64,000 nucleotides of DNA from Macrostomum hystrix (GCA_950097015.1 CATNEN010000009.1:496001-560000), one strand, 5' to 3'; shown: positions 1 through 11,720, counted from the stretch's first letter. Numbers and translations: made by a program. The notes: a model not told the origin generated them from the sequence alone.

Positions 1-654
1 CAAGTCGATGGCAGTCTGTGCATCAGCAGCAGCTTCACCCAGGTGTTTGGTGTGACTGTCATTCGCTGCGCAGCTCTCTGCAGCCAGAACCCGCGCTGCC
101 AGGCCTTCACCACTGCTGACGGTCCGTGTCAGCTGTTCGTGTTCGACAGGTGCAGCAAGTCGGTGAGGAACTGCAGCTGCTCAAGGAGAGGCCGCCTGTT
201 CATGAAGCGTCAGCCGGGACTCGATCCAGGAGCGCTGTGTCCGTCTGGCTTCGGTGACGATCTGTGCGGAGTGAAGTACAAGATGCTGATGAGCTACAAA
301 GTATGGAACGTGCAGCGGCAGAACTGCGAGTCGGAAGGCGGACTGTCGATTATGGCCGATGTGATGGACAGTGCTGAGCTGAGCCATGTCAACCAGCTGT
401 TCACCAAGTATGGATCTCAGGGCTTCTTTGTCGGTGGTCAGCAGCTTTCGGGCAGCGTCGAGCCAGAAGGTGGTTGGCTGTGGGCGAGCTGCAACATCAC
501 GGTGGACAGCAGCGTGTGGGCCAGCGGAGAGCCGAACAACGGCGCGGGCTCAGAAGATGTCATCATGCGTGTGGTTTCTCTTTCCCAGCTTGCGGATGTT
601 GTTCGCGGCCTCACCAGACGGGCTTTGTGCGAGTGCGTGTCTCCGTTCGACTAG
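1..654 (+). CDS. PAN/Apple-like + C-type lectin domain protein, copy 1 (5' end lies outside the window)
   Basis: The frame is open from base 1 (QVDGSLCISS...). It has an N-terminal CAALC...CQAF...CQL PAN/Apple-like Cys pattern, then a CTLD with CESE, FFVGG, GWLW, WASGEPNN and a terminal ALCEC. Paralogous to 4253-5017 and 8535-9287. Confidence 0.8.
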   Translation, partial: QVDGSLCISSSFTQVFGVTVIRCAALCSQNPRCQAFTTADGPCQLFVFDRCSKSVRNCSCSRRGRLFMKRQPGLDPGALCPSGFGDDLCGVKYKMLMSYKVWNVQRQNCESEGGLSIMADVMDSAELSHVNQLFTKYGSQGFFVGGQQLSGSVEPEGGWLWASCNITVDSSVWASGEPNNGAGSEDVIMRVVSLSQLADVVRGLTRRALCECVSPFD

Positions 655-784
655 AAGATTTGAATGAATATTCAGAAAATACAAAGACTGTGCACCTGCA
701 AAACCTGGCTTGGTTTCATTTTTTGTTTTCAATATGAAATATAACATTGCAGGTAGCTTTGCCATGATTGAAGGCTGTATACTC

Positions 785-1968
785 GTAGTTTCAGTAGTCA
801 GATTGCTGTCAGTTTTTCAGTCAGATTGTTTTGTTTTCAGTCAGATTGTTTTCAGTCAGATTGCTGTCAGTTTTTTCAGTCAGATTGTTTTCAGTCAGAT
901 TGCTGTCAGTCAGATTGCTGTCAGTCAGATTGCTGTCAGTCAGATTGCTGTCAGTCAGATTGTTTTCAGTCAGATTGCTGTCATTCAGATTGCTGTCAGT
1001 CAGATTGTTTTCAGTCAGATTGCTGTCAGTCAGATTGTTTTCAGTCAGATTGCTGTCAGTCAGATTGCTGTCAGTCAGATTGTTTTCAGTCAGATTGCTG
1101 TCAGTCAGATTGCTGTCAGTCAGATTGCTGTCAGTCAGATTGCTGTCAGTCAGATTGCTGTCAGTCAGATTGCTGTCAGTCAGATTGCTGTCAGTCAGAT
1201 TGCTGTCAGTCAGATTGTTTTCAGTCAGATTGCTGTCAGTCAGATTGCTGTCAGTCAGATTGTTTTCAGTCAGATTGCTGTCAGTCAGATTGCTGTCAGT
1301 CAGATTGCTGTCAGTCAGATTGCTGTCAGTCAGATTGTTTTCAGTCAGATTGCTGTCAGTCAGATTGCTGTCAGTCAGATTGCTGTCAGTCAGATTGCTG
1401 TCAGTCAGATTGCTGTCAGTCAGATTGCTGTCAGTCAGATTGCTGTCAGTCAGATTGCTGTCATTCAGATTGCTGTCATTCAGATTGCTGTCAGTCAGAT
1501 TGCTGTCAGTCAGATTGCTGTCAGTCAGATTGCTGTCAGTCAGATTGTTTTCAGTCAGATTGCTGTCAGTCAGATTGCTGTCAGTCAGATTGCTGTCAGT
1601 CAGATTGCTGTCAGTCAGATTGCTGTCAGTCAGATTGCTGTCAGTCAGATTGTTTTCAGTCAGATTGCTGTCATTCAGATTGCTGTCAGTCAGATTGCTG
1701 TCAGTCAGATTGCTGTCATTCAGATTGCTGTCAGTCAGATTGCTGTCAGTCAGATTGCTGTCAGTCAGGTTGCTGTCAGTCAGATTGCTGTCAGTCAGAT
1801 TGCTGTCAGTCAGATTTCTGTCAGTCAGATTGCTGTCATTCAGATTGCTGTCATTCAGATTGCTGTCAGTCAGATTGCTGTCAGTCAGGTTGCTGTCAGT
1901 CAGATTGCTGTCAGTCAGATTGCTGTCAGTCAGATTTCTGTCAGTCAGATTGCTGTCAGTCAGATTGC
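785..1968. repeat. 15-bp minisatellite (CAGTCAGATTGCTGT), about 79 copies
   Basis: Direct tandem repeat with TTTT, CATT and TTCT variants. It explains the three overlapping ORFs at 710-2100. Confidence 0.97.
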
Positions 1969-2610
1969 GGGCTCTGGAATTCGGATCTGGAACAGCAGTC
2001 CACGCTTTTACGCTTTCATCATGTACGCTCGCAAGCAGTATTCTTATCTCAGCCTAGCGGAAAAGTGATGCGAATGCTAAGAAAATTCAGAAGGCATTAA
2101 ATTTAATTCACGAAATCGAAACACACGGAATCTCCTAATGGACGATTGGGATCAGGTGAAATAGCTCAGTAGAGACTGGGAGCTTCATATCCACAAATTG
2201 AGTCAGAGCAGACACTGATTGATTGAGCTGCTTGCGTCATTTTGCCTGAATGACGCAAGTTGCCTCCGTTCCGCTTTTACACTAAAAAACGACAAGCTAG
2301 GCATTTCGCTTTTCACTCTCCAACTCCGTCTAAAAAATAACGGAGGTGGAAGGGAGAAGTTCGCAAAAACTCCCTGACTATCCCAGCTCTTCTCAAAGTT
2401 CTCATCCGCAGCAGCAATTACACTAATCCTTTGTAAACATGCCGACATTCCTACTGAAGTTACACTTTCCTCTCCTGGGGTTCTTCACGAACTTTAACTC
2501 CTCTAAATCCACAAACACTCTTCCAGTAGTGGAGAGCTTAAAATGACGGAAGAATACATCTTCTAAACGTCTGATTTTCCTTCGATTTGACATCTGACTG
2601 CTGGCAAGAC

Positions 2611-3161
2611 ATGCTCGAGACAGGACTTCTCCAGCTTCTCGCGGCCACGTCGCTGTTGCTTTTGAGATCGCAGGCGGCGGTGATGATCGAGCGATTTCAC
2701 GAAGTCAACGGCAGTCTGTGCATCAGCAGCAGCTTCACCCAGGTGTTTGGTGTGACTGTCATTCGCTGCGCAGCTCTCTTCAGCCAGAACCAGCGCTGCC
2801 AGACAGAATTCTGCGCGGCACTGGCAGCTGGTCAGCTAGCAGGCGGAGATGCGAGTCCGAGCCTGGTCTTGTTCTCATGTCCGATGTGACAAGCACTGCT
2901 GAGATGCGCAAATTCAGGCTCTGTACACTAGCAGCGCGAGTCAGGCAATGTGGCTTGGAGACCACCAGTTGCCAGGCAGTCCGGAGCCGTTAGGCGGCTG
3001 GGTCTGGGCGAGCTGTAGTCAGCCCTGGTCTGTGGCGAGACACTGAGCCAGGGAGCTCAAATGAGAATGCGACCGTCCTGTATAAGATGTATCCTGGCAT
3101 GTGTGACATTCTGGCCTCCTATCCAGCTACTAATGACGTAATTTGCGAGTGTGTCGCTTGA
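2611..3161 (+). pseudogene. PAN/C-type lectin paralogue, copy 2, deleted and frameshifted
   Basis: Starts with a signal-peptide-like sequence (MLETGLLQLLAATSLLLLRSQA). Bases 2701-2802 are near-identical to copy 1. About 175 nt are missing at 2802/2803 relative to copy 3. The CTLD remnant (ILRGTGSWSAS..CESEPGLVLMSDV, WLGDHQLPGSPEP, VICECVA*) is split across frames. Confidence 0.8.
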
Positions 3162-4252
3162 ATGATTGAAAGAAGGTTATCCGATCAGAAAATCGGATCA
3201 GATCGCGAGCCAAATCAGTTTTTAGTCTCTTTGTCAGGCAATCGACTATGTTATAAGATGGAAATTAAATAAAATTGCCACTATGTCGAAGTGGTCTAGA
3301 AGCAAAAAAAGATTCGCCTGTCTTGAGGATTTTGCTACGCTTACTTACTTATTACTGACCTGATCAGAAGTGAAAATTGTTATTCCTTCAACCGACTTAC
3401 CCGTTATTTAAAGATTTCAATTTTTCTGGCCAAAATTTATCTTGCCAAAATGTGCAGTTAGAGTTTGTAAAGTTAAGCCAGTTTACAAAACAGCAAAGAT
3501 GCCCGGATGGCTCCTTTGATGAAAACTTTAGGCAGAAATCTTCACAAGATAACTAAACAAACTGCGCAGATTACAATGCACCAATTTTCTATTCTCAAAA
3601 CTCCATAAGGAGAAAGTGCAGCTGGTCTAGCATTTTCTCTCTCGAGATCTTGAGTGTGCTTAAAAGCAAAAGGCATCAGGTCGTGTGTTTTCATGTCAGT
3701 CGGTTCACGTGTGAAACAAGAAAATGTTCTCACTGTGAGAACTAAAAGCAAAGCATGATTGGCTGTTTATAACAAGCAACTTAAAGCAGAATAAATCGAA
3801 ATCGACGAACTGATTTAGTAGAAGAGCAGAAGCTTTTTAAGTATAACCAATTTCGCATCTTATAATCAAGAGCTAGGTCTAGGTCGTTTGTAAATTTATT
3901 TCTAAGATTTGCAGTGACATCAAGGATACATTTGACAGTGCTGCACGTTAATGAAGTCTTCTTCTCAGCAAGCACATTGTTGGGGATAAAAATGAATGCA
4001 CCTGATGCCTCAGCAGCCCGATTTCATTCCAACTTATGGTTTTACGCAAGAATTATTCTTCAAGCAGGCTCGGCCCATTCAGCTCACGGTTGCTATGATA
4101 AGTGAAACACTTGAAGAAAGCTGCAGGCAAACAATTAGCCAAATCAAGCCAAATATTTCAATCTGCTTCTCAAGGCCTATATATCTTAAGCTTCCTGTGA
4201 AGCACGGTTTCTTCCAAGGCATCACATTCTGGGATCTCAAGGTTTCTAAAAA

Positions 4253-5017
4253 ATGTTTAGCCTCTTCGCATCCGTAACGCGGTTCTTGTGGATCGTCGCA
4301 TGCATTTTTCACCAACGTGTGGATGCTGACTGGTCCCAGCAGTATCATTGCGTCACTGGCAGTCTCTGCATCGACAGCCAGTTTATTGAAACACAGAGCG
4401 CCCCGCACTTAAGCGTCTGCGCAACGCTGTGCAGCCTCAACCAGCACTGCCAGGCTTTTACGATTGAATACGGTCCGTGCCAGCTGTTCGTTTTCGACAA
4501 GTGCAGCAAGTCGGTGAGCAGCTGCAGCTGCTCAAAGAGAGGCCGAGTGTTCGTGAAGCGCCAATCGGGACTCGAGCCTGGCGCATTGTGTCCATCTGGC
4601 TACGGTGAAGAGTTGTGCGGAGTGAAGTACAAAATTCTGCGCGACACTGGCAGCTGGTCAGCCAGCAAAGAAAAGTGTGAGTCGGAGCCTGGTCTGGTGC
4701 TCATGACAGACGTGGCAGACGTGGTCGAAATGGACCATGTGGAGATGCTGTACAGACGCAGCAGTGCAGGCAAGGCTCTCTGGCTTGGAGGCTACCAGTT
4801 GCCAGGCAGTCCGGAGCCTGCAGGCGGCTGGATGTGGGCCAGCTGCGGTGGCGACGTTAGCGCCAGTCTGTGGGCCACTGGCGAGCCGACAAATTCCTAC
4901 AATGGAGGCGAGAACGTGACAGCGAGATGGACTGTGAAACCTAGGATTACTGATTTTTTGGCCTTCTCAACAGCAGCAAACGACGTCCTGTGCGAATGCG
5001 TGTCTCCATTCACTTAG
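4253..5017 (+). CDS. Secreted PAN/Apple-like + C-type lectin protein, copy 3 (254 aa, intronless)
   Basis: Hydrophobic leader ending VDA, PAN-like Cys spacing, CTLD motifs WLGG, GWMW, WATGEPTN and VLCEC. Confidence 0.85.
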   Translation: MFSLFASVTRFLWIVACIFHQRVDADWSQQYHCVTGSLCIDSQFIETQSAPHLSVCATLCSLNQHCQAFTIEYGPCQLFVFDKCSKSVSSCSCSKRGRVFVKRQSGLEPGALCPSGYGEELCGVKYKILRDTGSWSASKEKCESEPGLVLMTDVADVVEMDHVEMLYRRSSAGKALWLGGYQLPGSPEPAGGWMWASCGGDVSASLWATGEPTNSYNGGENVTARWTVKPRITDFLAFSTAANDVLCECVSPFT

Positions 5018-6614
5018 CTGATAATGAAGTAAAAACTTGCGCAATCACTTCAAAATCGTCCTTTACTTTCGTACTGTTGTCTCCGTTGCCTGGCTCGAAT
5101 ATGGAGTAAAAATTTTATAAGCAAAAGCAAATAACTTTTGAAATATTTACCTTCTAGAATGATGCTGAAATTCTGAAGATTTTAGAGTTGAGAGCTGACT
5201 TTTGCCATAGAAATTAATTAAAATTTCATACTACTGTCAGTAGAATGTTGAGCACAATGCATCTAAATCAAAAGCAGAAGTGAGTATCATGATGCTTTAT
5301 TAAAAAGCCTTCATTCTTCATTCAGTGCTTAACTCAAACATTCGGGAATCAAGTGTCTTATTCGTTGAAAGCAGGCAACTCTAAGTTGGGCTGTGAAAAT
5401 GTACGCGGAAATCATTTTTCAAACAGGCTGCTTGCAAAAAATTGCAAAAAAATTCTGACGAAATCTTGAGCCTTCACGTTTAGTTAGCATTGGCTAGTCC
5501 CGGTGGAGCCATGAAAGCGTCGTTAATGAGAGGCCGTTAGACACAAGCGTGCCGCTGGACGGTGGCCCAATCTAATTTTCCCCTAGCACAGTCTAGCAGA
5601 GCCAGAGCAGACCAGCCTCTCCCCTACTGTCACCTGCTCCTCTTCGCATTGTTTTGCCCGGTCGGGTGCAGCCAAGGTCACTTTGACTTATGGCGCCATT
5701 GATATGACAGCAGCCGGTGGCAGCCCCGATCAGCCCATCGTCCGATCCCAGTCTCCAGAGCCGCTAATAATTCATGAGCTGCCTTTTTATTGCGTCAATA
5801 CGAGAGTGGCAGACAAATATTTCTCGCTTGACAACAACGGAATGCTGACTCTCGTAGATTGGAAATTAGACGTAGGACCATTGTGGCGTGTGCGATGCGT
5901 TTATTAGCACAATATCCAGACATTCCCCACGGTCCAGGCAGAAATGCTAAAGAAATAGGGGTTTCGGAAGTAAGTCACATGAGGCATGGGCATTAAGTCT
6001 CAGCAGCAAACGTGACTGGTCCAAAAATGCATGCCCGCTAAAAGGACACTCTTCAAGCTTTGGAATTGGGAGTCAAATTTATCATATTTAATGTTGTTTC
6101 AGATTAGGCTGCTAAAATAAAAACCTGACTTTAATGAGGAGACTATTTCATTATTCTCATTATTCTAAAAGCATAAACGAACAAGTTTGAATTAAGAATC
6201 GTTTTTTATCGCCGTGTCACATGTTTCATGAGCTCGGAACACTGAAGCTATTTATTCTAAAACTATTTTAACCATGTGAAATTAAATTTTCACTTTTGTC
6301 TGGGTCCCATTTCTTTATTTCTCTGGAAATTCAAGGCACAACATGTGAGTTGAGTTGAGATCTATATGATTCTATATGAGATCTCGCATGTGGTGGTTGA
6401 CTGGTACGATCTTGTCTGGCAGTCATTCAAGTGAGACTGACAGTCTCCTAAGCGGAATACTTGTGTAGCTGCACTTCAGTGGAGAAGATTCCATCATTCG
6501 TGCAGGGCTCCGCCTGTTTACATAGGCTTTCATACCGATGTACTTTTATATAGCAGAATAAAGAAAACATTCTGGCACGCTTTCTATTCAGGCCGGCCAT
6601 CCTATCGCTTAGAT

Positions 6615-7152
6615 CAGGGGTAGGCAAACTTATTTGCTGGCGGTCCAAAGAGAGAACCTAAAAGACGACAGCGGGCCGCATTGACTGTATAAATATGAGA
6701 TAGGGGAGAGATGAGACACGGGAGAGATTAGACACAGGAGAGATGAGACACGAGAGAGATTAGACACAGGAGAGATGAGACACAGGAGAGATTAGAAACG
6801 GGAGAGATGAGACACGGAAGAGATGAGACACGGGAGAGATTAGACACAGGAGAGATGAGACACGGGAGAGATTAGACACGGGAGAGATGAGACACAGAAG
6901 GATGATACACGAGAGAGATTAGACACAGGAGAGATGAGACAGGGGAGAGATGAGACACAGGAGAGATTAGAAACGGGAGAGATGAGACACGGAAGAGATG
7001 AGACACGGGAGAGATGAGACACTGGAGAGATGAGACACAGGAGAGATTAGACACGGGAGAGATGAGACACGGAAGAGATAAGACACGAGAGAGATGAAAC
7101 AGGACACTGTAGATGTCAGAAGGGGCAACGGGCCGGAGTTTGCCGACCCCTG
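6615..7152. mobile_element. Non-autonomous hAT-type DNA transposon (MITE), 538 bp
   Basis: TIRs CAGGGGTAGGCAAACT (6615) and AGTTTGCCGACCCCTG (ends 7152) match at 15/16. A perfect 8-bp TSD GCTTAGAT sits at 6607-6614 and 7153-7160; 8-bp TSDs are characteristic of hAT elements. Confidence 0.88.
6695..7100. repeat. GA-rich 16-17-bp minisatellite inside the MITE
   Basis: Alternating GAGAGATGAGACACGG and GAGAGATTAGACACAG units. Confidence 0.9.
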
Positions 7153-7379
7153 GCTTAGATGACAACTTTCCACTTTGTAGGACATTCCACTTCACCTGAC
7201 TCTTCAGTGATTGCAGCTGCAATTGTTTGCAGATTATCGATCCTTGAAAGAGCTCTTTGCATCACTCACAAGCAATGTCTTCTTAGTCCCAACTCTGCAG
7301 CGTCTAGTTTTTACGGGAGTTTTTCCAGCTTGCTTTAGCGCAGAAAAGAGTATTGTGAGGCCGTTTCTGCTTGGAGCCA

Positions 7380-8010
7380 TATGAGCCTTATTACCGTGTC
7401 AGATCTCCAGGTGCGAGCCTGTCCCCTTTGATCCTGCAAGGTGATTAGCAGCATGTCCTGAACAGGCAGTGGGCAGTAGCCAGCTGTAGTAGCAGTAGTA
7501 GCAGGCGCAGGATGGGCGTTGCAGCTGAGCCCTTACGTAAAAGGGCTTGTTCCCGACGTTCTCGTCAGCCTGGAAGGCCTCGATTGCGCCGAGTCCAGCT
7601 GCCGCTCTAGCGTAGCGCCTACGCCTCGGCGCTGTGCAGCAGGACGGTCTCGACCACCCCATCGGGAATCGATCAATTTAAAGAGATGACGGCATCACCT
7701 GAGTTGATCGCCGACGCGAGCGAAACCGGCGAGGCCGGCAACGTGGCGCCGCGCGCCGCTGTGATGACGAGCAGCTGTGATGACGCCGGACGGCCTTTCA
7801 GACTCCTTCGAGACATCCTCCTGGGTGCTCCAGGGGGACACTCTAGCGCCATTCCTGTTCGTCTTGGTGCTTGACTGGGTGCTACGAACTGCTCTTCCTA
7901 CCGACGAAGACGGCTTCCTACTGCGGCGACGCGTGGGTCGACGTCAACCGGAGAAACGGCTCAGCGTGCTTGGCTACGCCGATGACCTCGCCCTGCTGTC
8001 CTCTACCGTA
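7380..8010. mobile_element. Degenerate non-LTR retrotransposon (RTE-like) RT relic in two opposite orientations
   Basis: The + strand at about 7760-8010 reads TPDGLSDSFETSSWVLQGDTLAPFLFVLVLDWVLR...LGYADDLALL (RT core QGD and YADD motifs). The - strand at about 7665-7400 reads VETVLLHSAEA and CPLPVQDMLLITLQ..RGQART, which resemble the C-terminal part of such ORFs. Confidence 0.75.
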
Positions 8011-8534
8011 GAGGGCGTGACGATGCAAGCTGAACTGATTCAACAAGGCTGCGGTAGAGCTCAACGCATACGAGCTCGGACATGACTCTGGCACTCCTGT
8101 GTGGAAGATTATAATCAAAAGTGCAAGCCCAGCATTCGTGTGCCTTAATTACAAAGCTAAGAGTGCTGGGGTTGGACCACTCAAGATTAAGTGCGTAAGT
8201 CTTTATACGCTCGTATGTGGCCCACATGAATAGCCATTCATTGTACAAGCGTATGGGCACATATAGGAAGCCACATTCTATGAGGCTAAAGGGTGTCGAA
8301 CCGACCATCCTCCTGGGTGCCTTCCCATTGAAATCGCTACCTTTCGCCTTGCATCCTAATCGTTGTATTAGGGTGATGAATACAGCCAAACTCAAAGTAT
8401 CCAATAAAAATCCTGCTAGGTTAGACTGTTTTAGTTGCGTTGTGCCGGGGACAGATGCAGAGCTTAAGTAGGCTGGGGAGAAAATCGAGAAAGGCATCAA
8501 AGCATACAGACGACAAAGCAAACTTTAATATAGA

Positions 8535-9287
8535 ATGCATGCAAATCAAAGGATCATCCTGGCTCTCAGTGTGCTCATTGCTACAGCTCAGCCATCACTA
8601 GACGCGGCCTGGTATGAGCAGTATCACAGCGTGCAGAACGGCAGTCTTTGCATCAGCAGCCAATTTATTGAGACACTGAACTCACCCTACTTTAGCACCT
8701 GCGCCATGCTGTGCAGCTTTAAACAGCGCTGCCAGGCCTTCACCACTGCTGACGGTCCGTGTCAGCTGTTCGTGTTCGACAAGTGCAGCAAGTCAGTGAG
8801 GAACTGCAGCTGCTCAAGGAGAGGCCGCCTGTTCGTGAAGCGTCAGCCGGGACTCGATCCAGGAGCGCTGTGTCCGTCTGGCTTCGGTGACGATCTGTGC
8901 GGAGTGAAGTACAAGATGCTGATGAGCAACAAAGTATGGAACGTGCAGAAGCAGAACTGCGAGTCGGACAGCGGACTGTCGATTATGGCCGATGTGATGG
9001 ACAGTGCTGAGCTGAGCCACATCAGTCTGCTGTTCGCCAAGTATGGAAATGCAGACTTCTACCTGGGAGGTCAGCAGCTTTCGGGCAGCGTCGAGCCAGA
9101 CGGTGGTTGGCTGTGGGCGAGCTGCAACATCACGGTGGACAGCAGCATGTGGACCAGCGGAGAGCCGAACAACGAAGTCGCTGGGGAGGACATCATCATG
9201 CGTGTTTCTTCTCGCACCAAGCTTGTGGATGTTGTTCGCACTTTTAGCAGAAGGGCTCTGTGCGAGTGCGTGTCTCCGTTCGACTGA
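8535..9287 (+). CDS. Secreted PAN/Apple-like + C-type lectin protein, copy 4 (250 aa, intronless)
   Basis: Signal-peptide-like leader (RIILALSVLIATAQPSLDA), PAN-like Cys pattern, CTLD with WTSGEPNN. From about 8728 it is near-identical to copy 1. Confidence 0.87.
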   Translation: MHANQRIILALSVLIATAQPSLDAAWYEQYHSVQNGSLCISSQFIETLNSPYFSTCAMLCSFKQRCQAFTTADGPCQLFVFDKCSKSVRNCSCSRRGRLFVKRQPGLDPGALCPSGFGDDLCGVKYKMLMSNKVWNVQKQNCESDSGLSIMADVMDSAELSHISLLFAKYGNADFYLGGQQLSGSVEPDGGWLWASCNITVDSSMWTSGEPNNEVAGEDIIMRVSSRTKLVDVVRTFSRRALCECVSPFD

Positions 9288-9649
9288 ATCGTGACTGTTT
9301 TTGGTTTCAACATTTTTGTTTGAATGAAGCCTGTAGTTTCAATTGAATCTGCGTACTCATTGAGCGCACGAAAATACAAAATTTCTATTCTGCTTCTGTG
9401 ATCCCATGTGATCGCACGACGGGAAATAGTGAAAGGTCCTTACATGCATTCGACGGAAGGAAGATTTCCACTTAGTCGTATTCCGCTTGTGCAGAATGGC
9501 CTCAGTAAAGAATTTTACTGAATTTTAGCTTTAAAACTACAGAGAGCGCCGGCTCATCAAATGGGACTTCGATTCTATCGATGGTCTGCGTGGCTTAGTT
9601 TTAAGTCATGTTTTAAGCTCTTATAGTTGTCGCTGTAACTAAGCCTCAG

Positions 9650-10715
9650 CTTGAGCTCTCATTTGAGCAAGTTAGCTGAGTGAGCTCTCATTTGAGCAGG
9701 ATAGCTGAGTGAGCTCTCATTTGAGCAGGATAGCTGAGTGAGCTCTCATTTGAGTAAGCTAGCAGTGTAAGCTAGCAGTGTAAGCTAGCAGTGTGAGCTC
9801 TCATTTGGGCAGGATAGCTGAGTGAGCTCTCATTTGAGCAGGATAGCTGAGTGAGCTCTCATTTGAGCAGGATAGCTGAGTGAGCTCTCATTTGAGCAGG
9901 ATAGCTGAGTGAGCTCTCATTTGAGCAGGATAGCTGAGTGAGCTCTCATTTGGGCAGGATAGCTGAGTGAGCTCTCATTTGAGCAGGATAGCTGAGTGAG
10001 CTCTCATTTGAGCAGGATAGCTGAGCTAGTGAGCTCTCATTTGAGCAGGATAGCTGAGTGAGCTCTCATTTGAGCAGGATAGCTGAGTGAGCTCTCATTT
10101 GAGCAGGATAGCTGAGTGAGCTCTCATTTGAGCAGGATAGCTGAGTGAGCTCTCATTTGAGCAGGATAGCTGAGTGAGCTCTCATTTGGGCAGGATAGCT
10201 GAGTGAGCTCTCATTTGAGCAGGATAGCTGAGTGAGCTCTCATTTGAGCAGGATAGCTGAGTGAGCTCTCATTTGGGCAGGATAGCTGAGTGAGCTCTCA
10301 TTTGAGTAAGCTAGCAGTGTAAGCTAGCAGTGTAAGCTAGCAGTGTAAGCTAGCAGTGTGAGCTCTCATTTGGGCAGGATAGCTGAGTGAGCTCTCATTT
10401 GAGCAGGATAGCTGAGTGAGCTCTCATTTGAGCAGGATAGCTGAGTGAGCTCTCATTTGGGCAGGATAGCTGAGTGAGCTCTCATTTGAGCAGGATAGCT
10501 GAGTGAGCTCTCATTTGAGCAGGATAGCTGAGTGAGCTCTCATTTGAGCAGGATAGCTGAGTGAGCTCTCATTTGAGCAGGATAGCTGAGTGAGCTCTCA
10601 TTTGAGCAGGATAGCTGAGTGAGCTCTCATTTGAGCAGGATAGCTGAGTGAGCTCTCATTTGAGCAGGATAGCTGAGTGAGCTCTCATTTGAGCAGGATA
10701 GCTGAGTGAGCTCTC
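9650..10715. repeat. 29-bp minisatellite (GAGCTCTCATTTGAGCAGGATAGCTGAGT) with interspersed 12-bp TAAGCTAGCAGT(G) runs
   Basis: Direct tandem repeat, about 34-36 units. Confidence 0.96.
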
Positions 10716-11282
10716 CATACCGCAGCTTGTAATTAGCCCATGGAATAAATTGATCAGAGTCCACGAAAAGCGCGTTTACAATTTTAGTGGAACAGGCAAT
10801 AGCAAGCACCTGAACTAAAGCACCTGCATGTATTTCATTGAACGAGCTTGTCAAGGTGCTCAAGACAGGCTGATTTGAGCAGTGGAACCAAGCGTACTGC
10901 CCCCAAACAGCTAGGTTCGCAGTGTTAGAGTCATGATGGGAACACGGCATTCAGTTGCTACGGACGAAAGTGCGAATTAGCCTATAAAAAATCCTTAAGT
11001 CAGAGAAAGTACAGAGATAAATACTTTAATAAATGATTCTACAAAAATAACGGCTTCCATAGCGAACAAGACACTGCTATCAGACGCTGATAAAACTTAA
11101 AGCCCTAGATTGACATTTTAAATGCACAGTTTTGGAAGGAAAAGTTCAGGAGAGTTGCGAACAACTCAGGATAATAGAGCTTATATAGCATAAATAATAC
11201 ATACTTATCGATAACGTAGCGGGACAAGTTGTCCACTTAATTTAAAGTCCTTACAATTTTAAATATATACTATGTCTACAAA

Positions 11283-11720
11283 TAAATGGAATATTATTTG
11301 TAGCAAAGTGCTCAGCAAATGAATGGAATATTAGTTGTAGTAAAGTGCTCAGCAAATGAATGGAATATTAGTTGTAGTAAAGTGCTCAGCAAATGAATGG
11401 AATATTAGTTGTAGTAAAGTGCTCAGCAAATGAATGGAATATTAGTTGTAGTAAAGTGCTCAGCAAATGAATGGAATATTAGTTGTAGTAAAGTGCTCAG
11501 CAAATGAATGGAATATTAGTTGTAGTAAAGTGCTCAGCAAATGAATGGAATATTATTTGTAGCAAAGTGCTCAGCAAATGAATGGAATATTAGTTGTAGT
11601 AAAGTGCTCAGCAAATGAATGGAATATTAGTTGTAGTAAAGTGCTCAGCAAATGAATGGAATATTAGTTGTAGTAAAGTGCTCAGCAAATGAATGGAATA
11701 TTAGTTGTAGTGCTCAGCAA
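11283..11720. repeat. 37-bp AT-rich minisatellite
   Basis: TAAAGTGCTCAGCAAATGAATGGAATATTAGTTGTAG, about 11 copies, just downstream of the coiled-coil gene stop. Confidence 0.95.

Noticed and set aside
710-2100. Three 400-450-aa ORFs (SQIAV, QSDCC and SVRLL repeats)
   Set aside because: They are all three frames of a stop-free 15-bp minisatellite. The Cys-rich keratin-associated look is incidental and there is no unique coding context.
2231-2259. 11-bp inverted repeat CTTGCGTCATT/AATGACGCAAG
   Set aside because: It is a short isolated hairpin with no element boundaries or functional context.
5683-5907. Cadherin-like phrase (KYFSLDNNGMLTL)
   Set aside because: It is short, starts at TTG, and has no other cadherin motifs or supported exon structure.
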